Source of the DNA: an uncultured Clostridia bacterium
Lineage (GTDB): Bacteria; Bacillota; Clostridia; TANB77; CAG-508
Direction of reading: 5' to 3'
DNA length: 64,000 nucleotides
Assembly: GCA_947627185.1 (NCBI GenBank)
Contig: CANQVF010000006.1
Coordinates: forward strand, 3,208 to 67,207
Part shown: one piece after another, positions 9,635 to 20,209 of the stretch
Layout: each line of letters opens with the position of its first letter
Position numbering within the stretch: the stretch's first letter is position 1
Notes under the pieces: model-generated
Told to the model about the DNA's origin: nothing
Database searches by the model: none
What the model saw: the letters and a program-made list of their open reading frames with translations, nothing else
Made by a program: the position numbers and the translations under genes

Positions 9635-11143
9635 TTATAAAGGATTTACTTCATAAAGTATGTTAAAGAAGTTAAAATTTTCTAGACTATTTGAATCTAA
9701 ATATTCTAAATAACTTTCAAGTTCGCTTTTTGTTTTGCAAGCAGCTATAACAGCTGGATTTAAATTATATCTTCTGGCAACATTTAAACTATATGCTACT
9801 GAAGGTATAAATCCTTTACCTTCAAGATTTCTTAATATATTATAAGTTTCAGAAAATCTTGCTTTATAAGGATGTTTCATAAAATAATCAAAAGGTAATA
9901 TAAATTCTTTTTTAACAACATCTTGAACAGAATTATATACTGCTGGATAACTTTCAATATAATCTACTAATTCAGAAAGTTTATATGGTAAATATATTGT
10001 TTTATTTTTTTCTGATATAAGTAATGTATCATTATCAAATTGTGCTTCTAATATAGAAGATATTTTTGAATCTATATTTTCATTAGAAATAATATTAGTA
10101 TTACTAGAAGCTTTGTTTAAATCGTTATTTTTAATATTTTCGAAGTTTTTATCTATTATTTCTTCTAGATTTTCAACAGTAGAATTTTCATTATTTGTAG
10201 AGTTTTCGTTATCTAAAACTTCTTCATTATTACCATTTTGTTCATTAGATTCATTTTGATTCTCGTTTTCGCTTTCATTTTCATTTTTTACTTCTGGAAT
10301 ATTATTTGTTTCATCTTCATTTTTAACTTCAGTATTAGTATTATTAATTATCTCATCATTGCTGTTATTAACATCGTTTACATTTTGAGCTTCTTGATTA
10401 TTATTTGTTTCATTTTCAATTTCTGAAACAGTATCATTTTGATTAGATGTATTATTTTCTTCATTAACATTTTCATTTATATTTACTTTAAAAGCTTCTT
10501 CTCTATTATCTATATTATCATTTTGATCTTCAATATCTTTCAAAAAGATAGGGCAATCAGACAAATTTTCTAATTCTTTTTTTAAGTCAAAACCATTTTC
10601 AAATATTGAATCAACATCAACATCTTTATCTTTAATAGAAAAACCTGTAAATTCATAATTTGAATTAGATTCATCATCATTGTTTATAGAATTAAAATTA
10701 TATTGAAAATTATTAACATTTATAAATTCATTTAAATCAGTTGTATCAGAATTTATTTTTTGTGTTAATTCTTGTAATATTTCTGCATATTTGAAAATAT
10801 CACTTTTAATTTGAGAAAAAGTATCTATAAAATATTGTTTTGATTTATTTGATTTTTGATCATCTTCAATTAATTTAGTTAATTGATAATTTACAGTATC
10901 AATATTAGAAGTTAATTTTTCAATTGAATTGATATTGTTAGAAATATTTTCTAAATGATGATTTGCAGAATCATAAATATTTTGATATTCTGCTTTTTCT
11001 TGCTCAGAAGCATTATTAATAAGCATAGATAGATTTTTCATAATATCTAAAACTAATTGTTTGTTATTGTTTTGTAATTTTAATTGATCATTTAAAAAAT
11101 TAATACTTTTTTCAAATTTTAATGATTTAACACTATTTAACAT
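9635..11143 (-). CDS. Hypothetical protein: coiled-coil N-terminus, Asn/Glu-rich linker, globular C-terminus
   Basis: 502-aa ORF with SD AGGAGG. Confidence 0.75.
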   Translation of the reverse strand: MLNSVKSLKFEKSINFLNDQLKLQNNNKQLVLDIMKNLSMLINNASEQEKAEYQNIYDSANHHLENISNNINSIEKLTSNIDTVNYQLTKLIEDDQKSNKSKQYFIDTFSQIKSDIFKYAEILQELTQKINSDTTDLNEFINVNNFQYNFNSINNDDESNSNYEFTGFSIKDKDVDVDSIFENGFDLKKELENLSDCPIFLKDIEDQNDNIDNREEAFKVNINENVNEENNTSNQNDTVSEIENETNNNQEAQNVNDVNNSNDEIINNTNTEVKNEDETNNIPEVKNENESENENQNESNEQNGNNEEVLDNENSTNNENSTVENLEEIIDKNFENIKNNDLNKASSNTNIISNENIDSKISSILEAQFDNDTLLISEKNKTIYLPYKLSELVDYIESYPAVYNSVQDVVKKEFILPFDYFMKHPYKARFSETYNILRNLEGKGFIPSVAYSLNVARRYNLNPAVIAACKTKSELESYLEYLDSNSLENFNFFNILYEVNPL

Positions 11144-11257
11144 TAGAAAACCTCCTAAAGATTAATAAATTATTAGTTAAAAATATGTTACAAAAATAAA
11201 TAATTTGTTTTTAAATTTTAACACATTTTTATTATAACATAAAAAAATTAAAAATAT

Positions 11258-11307
11258 ATAACAATTATATTAAAAAAATATTACAAAAATGTTACAAAAA
11301 TGTTATG
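11258..11307 (-). promoter_or_regulatory. OmpR-family (WalR-like) direct-repeat binding site
   Basis: TGTAAC-N5-TGTAAT (11296-11280) within an 11-bp periodic array between divergent promoters. Confidence 0.55.
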
Positions 11308-11336
11308 GATTTTTTTATAAAATAGAATATTAATTC

Positions 11337-11365
11337 TTCCATTAAATTAAAATTTATGATATAAT
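11337..11365 (+). promoter_or_regulatory. SigA-type promoter of exporter operon
   Basis: TTCCAT-N17-TATAAT with extended TG. Confidence 0.55.
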
Positions 11366-11389
11366 CAAATGCGATTTTAAAATATATTT

Positions 11390-13174
11390 ATGAAATCTAA
11401 GGAGATTAAAAACATTACTATGGAAAAAAGAAAAATTGATATTAAAAAAATATTTAAAAATAATAAAAAGAAAATAATTGTAATTTCTATAATACTTTTA
11501 ATATTATTAATAATTATTATTAGTAATATTTTTAAACCTAAAGAAACAACTGAAAGTAAATTAGAAATTGAACCAATAAAAAAACGTTCTATAGGAACAA
11601 GTATAGCTGCAACTGGAGTTATTGAAGCAAGTAATACAAAAAATGTTGTATCAGCCCTTACTGGTTCAGAAATAAAAACTGTTAATGTAAAAGAAGGAGA
11701 TAAAGTAACACCAGGTCAAGTTATTTGTACATTCGATACTTCTACAATTCAAGATGCTTTAAATACAGCACAAAAGTCTTTAGGAATATCTCAAGCTCAA
11801 GCAAATATTGGTATTGAATCTGCAAGAAGAAACTTAAATGATGCAATAAAAAATAAAGACACACAAATAAGCACTACTCAAGCAGATGTTGATAATGCAT
11901 TAAAGGCATATCAAGATGCGCAAAATCAATTAGAAAATGCAAAAAAAGATTTATCTCAAAAACAGTTAGCATTAGATAGTTTTAATAAAACATATGGTAC
12001 TCAAATAGCAGAAGGAAATGCAAAGAAAAATGCTTATGATGATGCTACTAATAAATATAATACACAACTTGCGGTTACGGATACTGCAAAATTAAAATAT
12101 GAAACATTTTTAGACCCAGTAACTGGAGCACCAAAAGATTCATTAGATGCACAATATGTTGAGGCATTAAATACTTATAATAGTGAACAACAAAAATTAT
12201 TACAAGCTAAGACTACATTAGATAATATAGGAAATGATTATTTAGCAGGAAAAGCTAATTATGATAACTTAAATAGTCAATTACAAAATTTAACTACACA
12301 AATTGCACAATCACAATCAGCAATTCCTACTTTAGAACAAACAGTAAATAGTTTAAAAACAACTTATGAAAAAGCTTCCCAAGCTTTGAATTCTGCATCT
12401 ACTACTGCAGACAGTACAATAGCTAGTATGCAAGATTCATTAAGTAATGCAGAATTAAGTTCAGATTTAAATAGAACAACTCAACAAGCACAAATAGATA
12501 CTTATAAAGACCAAATTAGTAAAGGAATTTTAACATCTACTGTTTCTGGAACAGTTACGGCTGTAAATGTAAAACCAGGAGATATCTATTCAGGCTCTAC
12601 AATTGCAGTTATAGATGGAGTTAATGAATTTATTATAGAAGCAGAAATTGATGAATATGATATTGCAGATATAAATGTTGGAATGGAAGTTCTAATAAAA
12701 ACTGATGCAACTCGTGATGAAGAACTAAAAGGAAGAGTTATTTTTGTTGCATCTAGTGCTACTGAAAATCAAGCATCTCAAATGGCAGGAATGTCAACAT
12801 CAATGAATACTTCTGGAAATGCAACTTATAAAATACAAATTTCGTTAGATTCAGAAAATGATAGATTACGTTTAGGCATGAATGCTAAATTAAGTATTAT
12901 TACAGATAGTAGAGAAAATGTGTGGGCAGTTCCAATTGATGCAATTCACGAAAGAGATAATGGAACAAAATATATAGAAGTATTAAAAAATGAAAATGAA
13001 AATATAGAACAAAAACAAGAATTAGATGTAGTAACTGGACTTGAAAGTTCTTATTATGTAGAAATTAATTCAGATAAATTAACTGATGGAATGCAAGTAA
13101 TTATGCCAGAAATAGAAGGAAATAATTCTATGGAAACTTTAATAGAATTAATGGGTGCAGATGCAGGATTATAA
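11390..13174 (+). CDS. Efflux adaptor (MacA/YknX-like membrane fusion protein)
   Basis: N-terminal TM, lipoyl half motifs (VNVKEGDKV, SGTVTAVNVKPGD), long coiled coil, LRLGMNA. Confidence 0.9.
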   Translation: MKSKEIKNITMEKRKIDIKKIFKNNKKKIIVISIILLILLIIIISNIFKPKETTESKLEIEPIKKRSIGTSIAATGVIEASNTKNVVSALTGSEIKTVNVKEGDKVTPGQVICTFDTSTIQDALNTAQKSLGISQAQANIGIESARRNLNDAIKNKDTQISTTQADVDNALKAYQDAQNQLENAKKDLSQKQLALDSFNKTYGTQIAEGNAKKNAYDDATNKYNTQLAVTDTAKLKYETFLDPVTGAPKDSLDAQYVEALNTYNSEQQKLLQAKTTLDNIGNDYLAGKANYDNLNSQLQNLTTQIAQSQSAIPTLEQTVNSLKTTYEKASQALNSASTTADSTIASMQDSLSNAELSSDLNRTTQQAQIDTYKDQISKGILTSTVSGTVTAVNVKPGDIYSGSTIAVIDGVNEFIIEAEIDEYDIADINVGMEVLIKTDATRDEELKGRVIFVASSATENQASQMAGMSTSMNTSGNATYKIQISLDSENDRLRLGMNAKLSIITDSRENVWAVPIDAIHERDNGTKYIEVLKNENENIEQKQELDVVTGLESSYYVEINSDKLTDGMQVIMPEIEGNNSMETLIELMGADAGL

Positions 13175-13189
13175 AAGAAGGGAAGATAA

Positions 13190-13888
13190 ATGGATTCAAT
13201 AATAAAATTAACTAATATAGTAAAAAAATTTTATATTGGTGAACCAAATGAACTAGAAATATTGCATGGAATTTCTTTAGAAGTTAAAGAAGGAGAATTT
13301 GTTTCAATTGTAGGACCATCTGGCTCTGGAAAATCTACTTTAATGAATATGATTGGTGCATTAGATAGACCAACTTCTGGAGACTATATATTAGATGGAA
13401 TTGATGTTGGAAAAGCAGATGATATAGAACTTTCTAAAATAAGAAATCAAAAAATAGGATTTGTTTTTCAAACATATAACTTAATTCCAAAAACAAATGC
13501 AATAAAAAATATTGAACTTCCAATGTTATATGCTGGAATGGAGAGAAACAAAAGAATCACAAGAGCAAAAGAACTTTTAGAATTAGTAGAAATGGGAGAT
13601 AGAGCAAAACATTTACCAGAAGAATTGTCTGGAGGACAAAAACAAAGAGTTGCAATAGCAAGAGCTATGGCAAATGATCCTGCTATTATTTTGGCTGATG
13701 AGCCAACAGGTGCATTAGATTCAAAAACTGGTAGATTAGTTATGGATTTATTTCATAAATTAAATAAAGAACAGAAAAAAACAATAGTTCTTATTACTCA
13801 CTCTAACGAACTTGCATCAGAAACAGACAGAATTATATCAATAAAAGATGGAAATATTATTAATGAAGAAAAAGGAGGCAGTAAATAA
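13190..13888 (+). CDS. ABC transporter ATP-binding protein (MacB/YknY/LolD type)
   Basis: GPSGSGKST, LSGGQKQR, ADEPTGALD. Confidence 0.95.
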   Translation: MDSIIKLTNIVKKFYIGEPNELEILHGISLEVKEGEFVSIVGPSGSGKSTLMNMIGALDRPTSGDYILDGIDVGKADDIELSKIRNQKIGFVFQTYNLIPKTNAIKNIELPMLYAGMERNKRITRAKELLELVEMGDRAKHLPEELSGGQKQRVAIARAMANDPAIILADEPTGALDSKTGRLVMDLFHKLNKEQKKTIVLITHSNELASETDRIISIKDGNIINEEKGGSK

Positions 13889-15187
13889 ATGTTATTATTA
13901 GAAAATATAATATTAGCAATAAATAGCCTTCTTTCAAATAAAATGAGAGCTTTACTTACTATGCTTGGAATTATAATTGGAATTGGTGCAGTTATTGCTA
14001 TTATTACAGTCGGAGACTCTCTAACACTTTCTGTATCAGAAAATATGCAATCAATGGGTGCAAATGATGTTTATGTTATGATTAATCCTAAAAATACAGA
14101 AGAGGAAGAATCTAAATTAATAGAGGGAGCATCTTTTGGAAAATTTGATACATCATCAGAAATAGATGAACAAGATCTTATTAGTGATGATATGATTAAA
14201 GAATTATGCAATCAATTTTCAAAAGAAATATATGCAGTAAATTTACAATATTCAATAGGAAGTGGAAAAGCAGAAAAAAGTAATAATATTTCAAATTTAA
14301 ATATTTACGGAGTTAGTGCTGGATATTTTATTACTAATCAAATAGACTTAGTAGGTGGGCATATGTTTTCAGAAGAAGAATTTGAAAATGGAAAAAATGT
14401 TACACTAGTATCTGATAAGTTAGTAAATAAATTATTTGAAGGAGATATAAAGAAAGCAATTGGTTCAGAAATATCAGTAAGTGCAAATGGGCAATTAGGA
14501 AATTTTACAATAATTGGTGTGTATGAATATCAACAAAATTATATGATGGGAATGAATATGGGTTCTGGTGATGATGTTACAACAAATATGTATATTCCTT
14601 TGAAAGCATCAAACACTCTTAAACGTGGTGATATAAATTTTGAATACATACAAATTATTACTAAAGTTGGTGTAGATTCAGAACAATTAGTAAAAAAGGT
14701 AACTAATTTTTTTGAACCATACTATAAAACTAATAGAAATTTTGAAATATCAGCATTTACAATGGGTTCTATGGTAAATATGATGACAGATATGTTATCA
14801 ACAATTACTCTTGCTATTTCAATAGTTGCTGGAATTGCGTTAATTGTAGGTGGCATAGGAGTTATGAATATAATGCTTGTTTCTGTTACTGAAAGAACTA
14901 GAGAAATTGGAACAAGAAAAGCACTTGGTGCAAAAAATTCTTCTATTAGAACACAATTTATAGTAGAAGCTATGATTATATGTTTAATAGGAGGAGCAAT
15001 AGGTGTTGCTTTAGGAATTGGAGGAGGAATACTAGCATCTAATCTTTTAGGATATCCTGCAAAACCTTCAATATCTGGAATAATAATTTCATTACTATTT
15101 TCTATGACAATAGGAATATTTTTCGGCTATTATCCAGCAAATAAAGCAGCAAAAATGAATCCAATAGATGCATTAAGATATGAATAA
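13889..15187 (+). CDS. ABC transporter permease (MacB/YknZ type)
   Basis: LTMLGIIIG, GGIGVMNIMLVSVTERTREIG, NPIDALRYE. Confidence 0.95.
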   Translation: MLLLENIILAINSLLSNKMRALLTMLGIIIGIGAVIAIITVGDSLTLSVSENMQSMGANDVYVMINPKNTEEEESKLIEGASFGKFDTSSEIDEQDLISDDMIKELCNQFSKEIYAVNLQYSIGSGKAEKSNNISNLNIYGVSAGYFITNQIDLVGGHMFSEEEFENGKNVTLVSDKLVNKLFEGDIKKAIGSEISVSANGQLGNFTIIGVYEYQQNYMMGMNMGSGDDVTTNMYIPLKASNTLKRGDINFEYIQIITKVGVDSEQLVKKVTNFFEPYYKTNRNFEISAFTMGSMVNMMTDMLSTITLAISIVAGIALIVGGIGVMNIMLVSVTERTREIGTRKALGAKNSSIRTQFIVEAMIICLIGGAIGVALGIGGGILASNLLGYPAKPSISGIIISLLFSMTIGIFFGYYPANKAAKMNPIDALRYE

Positions 15188-15209
15188 TAAAATTAGAAAG
15201 AAATAAAAT

Positions 15210-15683
15210 ATGAAAAAAATAGGTTTTACAATTGGAAAATTTGCTCCACTTCATAAAGGACATCAATTTTTAATTGAAACAGCATTAAATGAAATGGATA
15301 AAGTAATTGTTGTTGTATATGATACAGATTTAATAGATGTTCCCACTGAAGAACGAGCAAAATGGATTAAAGATTTATATCCAGAAGTAGAAATTAAATA
15401 TGCACATAATCCACCATCAAAATATGGATTAGATGATGAAAGTGTTAAAATTCAAATGGAATATTTAAGTGAAATAATGAAAGATGAAAAAGCAACGCAT
15501 TTTTATAGCAGTGAAAATTATGGTGCTTGTGTTGCCCAATATATGAATATAATAGATAGACGTGTTGATAATGAAAGAAAAAATGTTCCAATTAGAGCAA
15601 CAGCTTTAAGAAATAATATAGATGAAAATAAAAAATGGGTAGATAATAAAGTTTATACAGATTTAAAAAAATATTATTCATAA
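15210..15683 (+). CDS. Nucleotidyltransferase (HxGH), NadR N-terminal-like
   Basis: GKFAPLHKGH motif. Confidence 0.8.
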   Translation: MKKIGFTIGKFAPLHKGHQFLIETALNEMDKVIVVVYDTDLIDVPTEERAKWIKDLYPEVEIKYAHNPPSKYGLDDESVKIQMEYLSEIMKDEKATHFYSSENYGACVAQYMNIIDRRVDNERKNVPIRATALRNNIDENKKWVDNKVYTDLKKYYS

Positions 15684-15787
15684 ATTTAGACTAAATAGTC
15701 ATATAACTAGAATTTTAAAAAAACAAATAGTATAATTATAATAGTTAGAAATTTTCTTAAATACTTTTATTATGTATTGGAGGAACT

Positions 15788-17524
15788 ATGGAAAAATATA
15801 ATGTAAGAAATGTTACAGATTTAAAAGATTTGCTTAATCAAACAGTAGAACTTTATGGAGATAAACCTGTTTTTAAATTTAAAAAGAGAATGTATAAAAA
15901 AGGTGAAACACCAGAAATATACACGATGTCATATAAAGAATTTAAAAATGAAATTGATTATTTTGGTACAGCATTAAATTATTTGGGAATTAAAAATGAT
16001 GAAAAGGTTGCATTAATTTCTAAAAATAGATATGAATGGATGGTAGCGTATTATGCCACAATTACTGGAGATAAAATAATAGCACCATTAGATAAGTCTT
16101 TACCAGATAATGAAATTATTTCTTTAGCAGTTAGAAGTGAAGCAAAAGCAATTATTTTTGAATCAAAATACATGGAAATTATCAAAAAAATAAAAGATGA
16201 AAATTTATCAAGTATAGAGAAATTTATTTGTTTTGATTTAGAAGATGATGAAGATGATATTTTATCATATAAAAAACTATTAGAAAAAGGAAAAGAACTT
16301 TTAAATTCAGGAGATAGAAGCTTTTTAGATACAGAAATGGATTCAGAAAAAACAGCAATTCTTTTATTTACATCTGGTACAACTTCTATTTCAAAAGCTG
16401 TAATGCTTTCACAAAAAAATATTTGTACAAATATTTTAGATATAAACACTGTAATTAACTTTACATCAGATGATAGTATGTTAACATTATTACCTTTCCA
16501 TCATGCATTTCAAGCAATTATAAATAATGTACTTGTATATATTGGTGGGGCAATGTCATTTTGTGATGGATTAAAATATATTCAACAAAATCTTTGTGAA
16601 TATAAACCAACTGTTATTGTTTGTGTTCCATTAATTTTAGAAAGTATTCATAAAAGAATATTAAAAAATATTGAAAAACAAGGTAAAACAAAACTTGTTT
16701 CTAGAATGAAAAAACTAACAAATGTATTAGATAAAGTACATATAAAATTAAAAAGAAAAATATTTAATGAAATCCATGAAGCTATTGGTGGAAATGTTAG
16801 ATTAATAGTTAGTGGTGCAGCAGGAATGGATCCTACTCTTGCAAAATCATTTAGTGATTTTGGTATAAGAATAATACAAGGATATGGTTTAACAGAAACA
16901 TCTCCAGTTATAACTGTTGAAAATGATTTCCATTCAAAAATAGGTTCTGCAGGAACAGTTCTTCCATCATTAGAAGTTAAAATTGAAAATAAAGATGAAA
17001 AAGGAATTGGAGAAATTCTTGTAAAGGGTCCAAGTGTTATGATTGGATATTATAAAAATAATCAGGCAACTGAAGAAGCTATGTCTAATGGATGGTTTCA
17101 TACAGGTGACTTAGGATATATGGAAAACGGATTTTTATATATTACAGGTAGAAAGAAAAATGTTATAGTACAAAAAAATGGAAAAAATATATTCCCAGAA
17201 GAACTAGAAATTTTAATTGGATATATACCAGGTGTTAAAGAATGCATGGTATATGGAAGACCAACAAAAGATAATGATTTAGATGTGTGTGTAAAAATTG
17301 TTTATGATGAAGAAGCAATAAAAGAGATTATGGGATATATTAGCGAAAATGATATTTATAAATATATGAAAGAAAAAATATCTGAAATTAATCATAAAAT
17401 GCCACCATATAAACACATAAGAGATATAATAGTAACAAATGAAGAACTTATAAAAACAACAACAGCAAAGGTAAAAAGGCATGAAGAAATAGCAAAAATA
17501 TTAGGAACTCAAAAAGAAAATTAA
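15788..17524 (+). CDS. Long-chain fatty acid-CoA ligase (AMP-binding)
   Basis: FTSGTT, QGYGLTETSP, FHTGDLG, GRKKN. Confidence 0.92.
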   Translation: MEKYNVRNVTDLKDLLNQTVELYGDKPVFKFKKRMYKKGETPEIYTMSYKEFKNEIDYFGTALNYLGIKNDEKVALISKNRYEWMVAYYATITGDKIIAPLDKSLPDNEIISLAVRSEAKAIIFESKYMEIIKKIKDENLSSIEKFICFDLEDDEDDILSYKKLLEKGKELLNSGDRSFLDTEMDSEKTAILLFTSGTTSISKAVMLSQKNICTNILDINTVINFTSDDSMLTLLPFHHAFQAIINNVLVYIGGAMSFCDGLKYIQQNLCEYKPTVIVCVPLILESIHKRILKNIEKQGKTKLVSRMKKLTNVLDKVHIKLKRKIFNEIHEAIGGNVRLIVSGAAGMDPTLAKSFSDFGIRIIQGYGLTETSPVITVENDFHSKIGSAGTVLPSLEVKIENKDEKGIGEILVKGPSVMIGYYKNNQATEEAMSNGWFHTGDLGYMENGFLYITGRKKNVIVQKNGKNIFPEELEILIGYIPGVKECMVYGRPTKDNDLDVCVKIVYDEEAIKEIMGYISENDIYKYMKEKISEINHKMPPYKHIRDIIVTNEELIKTTTAKVKRHEEIAKILGTQKEN

Positions 17525-17562
17525 AATATATTTTTAAATTATGTTCAATATGTGAATTTTTT

Positions 17563-17592
17563 AAAAAGTGCTTTTAAATAAAGCACTTTTTT
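17563..17592 (+). terminator. Intrinsic terminator
   Basis: AAAAAGTGCTTT...AAAGCACTTTTT. Confidence 0.7.
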
Positions 17593-17659
17593 GATATAAT
17601 ACACACACTGGAAAAAATATAATAATTTATTTTTTACGAATAAAAATTAGGAGAAAGAA

Positions 17660-18316
17660 ATGAATAATGTATTTGGAATATTAGTTTCAATAGTTTTTAT
17701 AGGCATAATATTAATTTCTGCAAAAGTTTTTGAAAAAGCTGGAAAAGAAGCTAGCAGAAAGTTTATACATATAATGCTTTCAAACTGGTGGATAATTGCA
17801 ATGGTATTTTTTGATAATGTATTTTTTGCAGCATTATTGCCAGCTCTATTTATAGTTATTAATTATGCTTCATACAAAATGGACATTATAAAAGTTATGG
17901 AACGAGATGATGGAGAAGAAAATAAAGAAAGTTTAGGAACTGTTTATTATGCAATAAGCTTATTTATACTTGCAGTTGTTACATTTGGACCACTTAAAAA
18001 TCCTTTAGTTGGATTGTGTGGAATTGCTGTTATGGGTTATGGAGATGGATTAGCAGCTGTTATTGGACAATCTATTAAAAGCCCAGAATTGAAAATAGGA
18101 AATAGTAAAAAAACTTTAGCAGGTTCTCTTGCAATGTTTTTTGTAACATTAATGATAATGGCAGGATTTTTCACATATAATACTTCAAGTTTTATTGCTG
18201 TAAAAGCTATATTGGTAGCAATTTTAATGACAATAGTAGAGGCAGTATCTATTAAAGGAACAGATAATATTACTGTTCCACTTATAACTTCATTGCTTGC
18301 AATGTTAATGGTATAG
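17660..18316 (+). CDS. Phytol/dolichol kinase-like membrane protein (CTP-dependent polyprenol kinase family)
   Basis: SRKFIHI, GYGDGLAAVIG, KTLAGS, DNITVP. Confidence 0.82.
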   Translation: MNNVFGILVSIVFIGIILISAKVFEKAGKEASRKFIHIMLSNWWIIAMVFFDNVFFAALLPALFIVINYASYKMDIIKVMERDDGEENKESLGTVYYAISLFILAVVTFGPLKNPLVGLCGIAVMGYGDGLAAVIGQSIKSPELKIGNSKKTLAGSLAMFFVTLMIMAGFFTYNTSSFIAVKAILVAILMTIVEAVSIKGTDNITVPLITSLLAMLMV

Positions 18317-18325
18317 GAGAATAAA

Positions 18326-20209
18326 ATGATTTTAGAAAAAGTAAATTATCCAGAAGATTTAAAAAGTTTAAAAATAGATGATAAAAAAATATTAGCAGAA
18401 GAAATTAGAAAGAAAATTTTGGATGTAGTTTCTGAAACTGGAGGGCATTTAGCTTCAAATCTTGGAGTTGTTGAATTAACAATTGCTCTTCATAGTGTAT
18501 TTAATACTCCAATTGACAAAATAATATGGGATGTTGGTCATCAAACTTATGTACATAAAATCTTAACTGGAAGAAAAAATAAATTAGAAACATTAAGAAA
18601 ACTAAATGGAATTGCTGGTTTTCCTAAAACTAATGAAAGTATATATGATAATTTTAATACAGGTCATAGTAGCACTTCTATATCTGTTGCACTTGGAATG
18701 GCAAGAGCAAGAGATATAAAAGGCGAAAATAATAAAATATTAGCTGTTATTGGTGATGGTGCATTAACAGGAGGAATGGCATTAGAGGCTTTAAATGATG
18801 TTGGTAGTAGTAATACTAACATCATAGTTATTTTGAATGATAATGAAATGAGCATATCTAAAAATGTTGGTGGAATTTCAATGATGCTTTCAAAATTAAG
18901 AACTAAAAGTATGTATGTAAAAGCTAATATTAAAGGTAAAAGAACAATAAGCAAAATTCCTTTTATTGGAGAGAAAATAGTAAAATTAGTTCAAAAGGGA
19001 AAAAGAGGAATAAAGCAATTAGTTATACCTAAAATGTATTTTGAAGATATTGGTTTTAGATATTTAGGACCTGTTGATGGTCATAATATAGAAGAATTAG
19101 AAGATATTTTTAAAGTTTCAAAAGAACAAGAAGGACCTATTTTAATACATGTTTTAACTAAAAAAGGAAAAGGGTATAAACCAGCAGAAGAAACTCCAGA
19201 TAAATTTCATAGCACATCAAAGTTTAATATACAAACAGGAGAAAAACTTGGAAAAGGAAATAAAGATTATTCAAAAGTTTTTGGAGATAAACTAGTAAAA
19301 ATTGCAAAAAATAATAAAAACATAGTGGCAATTACAGCAGCAATGAAAGATGGAACAGGACTTACAGAGTTCGCTAAAAAATATCCAAAAAGATTTTTTG
19401 ATGTAGGAATTGCTGAACAACATGCTGTTGGATTAGCAGCTGGAATGGCAAAAGCTGGAATGATACCTGTTGTACCTTTGTATTCTTCTTTTATACAAAG
19501 AGCTTATGATCAATTAGTTCATGATATTGCAATTCAAAATTTACCAGTAATAATATGTGCTGATAGAGCTGGAATTGTTGGAAATGATGGAGAAACTCAT
19601 CAAGGACTTTTAGATATGTCTTTCACAAATGGAATACCTAATTTTTGTATAATGGCACCGAAAGATTTTAAAGAATTAGAAGAAATGTTAGATTTTGCAG
19701 TTGATTTAAAAAAACCAGTATTAATTAGATATCCTAGAGGTGGAGAAAGCCTTTGCTTTGAAAATTGTGAAAAAATAGAACTTGGTAAATCAGAAATAAT
19801 AGAAACAGGAAAAGATGTAACTATTATAGCTATTGGAAAAATGGTTTCAAGAGCTGTTGAAGTATCAAACATATTAAAAGAAAGTGATATTTCAGCTACA
19901 ATAATAAATGCTAGATTTTTAAAACCATTTGATGAAAAAACATTACTTAAAAATATTAATAACCTTATTGTTACTATTGAAGATGGTACAATTATAGGTG
20001 GTTTAGGTAGTAGAATAGAAGAATTTATAGTAGAAAATAATATAAATATTAATTTGGAAAAAATAGCATATCCAGATGAATTTATTAAACATGGAAATAC
20101 AGATGAAATAGAAAAAAAATACGGATTAGATGCAAAATCTATTTCAGATAATATTAAGAGCATTCTAGAAGAAAAGAAAATAAAAAATATTAATATAATA
20201 AGATCATAG
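18326..20209 (+). CDS. dxs: 1-deoxy-D-xylulose-5-phosphate synthase
   Basis: GGHLASNLG, WDVGHQ, GDGALTGG, GIAEQHAV. Confidence 0.97.
   Translation: MILEKVNYPEDLKSLKIDDKKILAEEIRKKILDVVSETGGHLASNLGVVELTIALHSVFNTPIDKIIWDVGHQTYVHKILTGRKNKLETLRKLNGIAGFPKTNESIYDNFNTGHSSTSISVALGMARARDIKGENNKILAVIGDGALTGGMALEALNDVGSSNTNIIVILNDNEMSISKNVGGISMMLSKLRTKSMYVKANIKGKRTISKIPFIGEKIVKLVQKGKRGIKQLVIPKMYFEDIGFRYLGPVDGHNIEELEDIFKVSKEQEGPILIHVLTKKGKGYKPAEETPDKFHSTSKFNIQTGEKLGKGNKDYSKVFGDKLVKIAKNNKNIVAITAAMKDGTGLTEFAKKYPKRFFDVGIAEQHAVGLAAGMAKAGMIPVVPLYSSFIQRAYDQLVHDIAIQNLPVIICADRAGIVGNDGETHQGLLDMSFTNGIPNFCIMAPKDFKELEEMLDFAVDLKKPVLIRYPRGGESLCFENCEKIELGKSEIIETGKDVTIIAIGKMVSRAVEVSNILKESDISATIINARFLKPFDEKTLLKNINNLIVTIEDGTIIGGLGSRIEEFIVENNININLEKIAYPDEFIKHGNTDEIEKKYGLDAKSISDNIKSILEEKKIKNINIIRS

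Noticed and set aside
10150..10480. Asn/Glu-rich tract as a DNA repeat element
   Set aside because: Low-complexity coding linker with no discrete repeat unit
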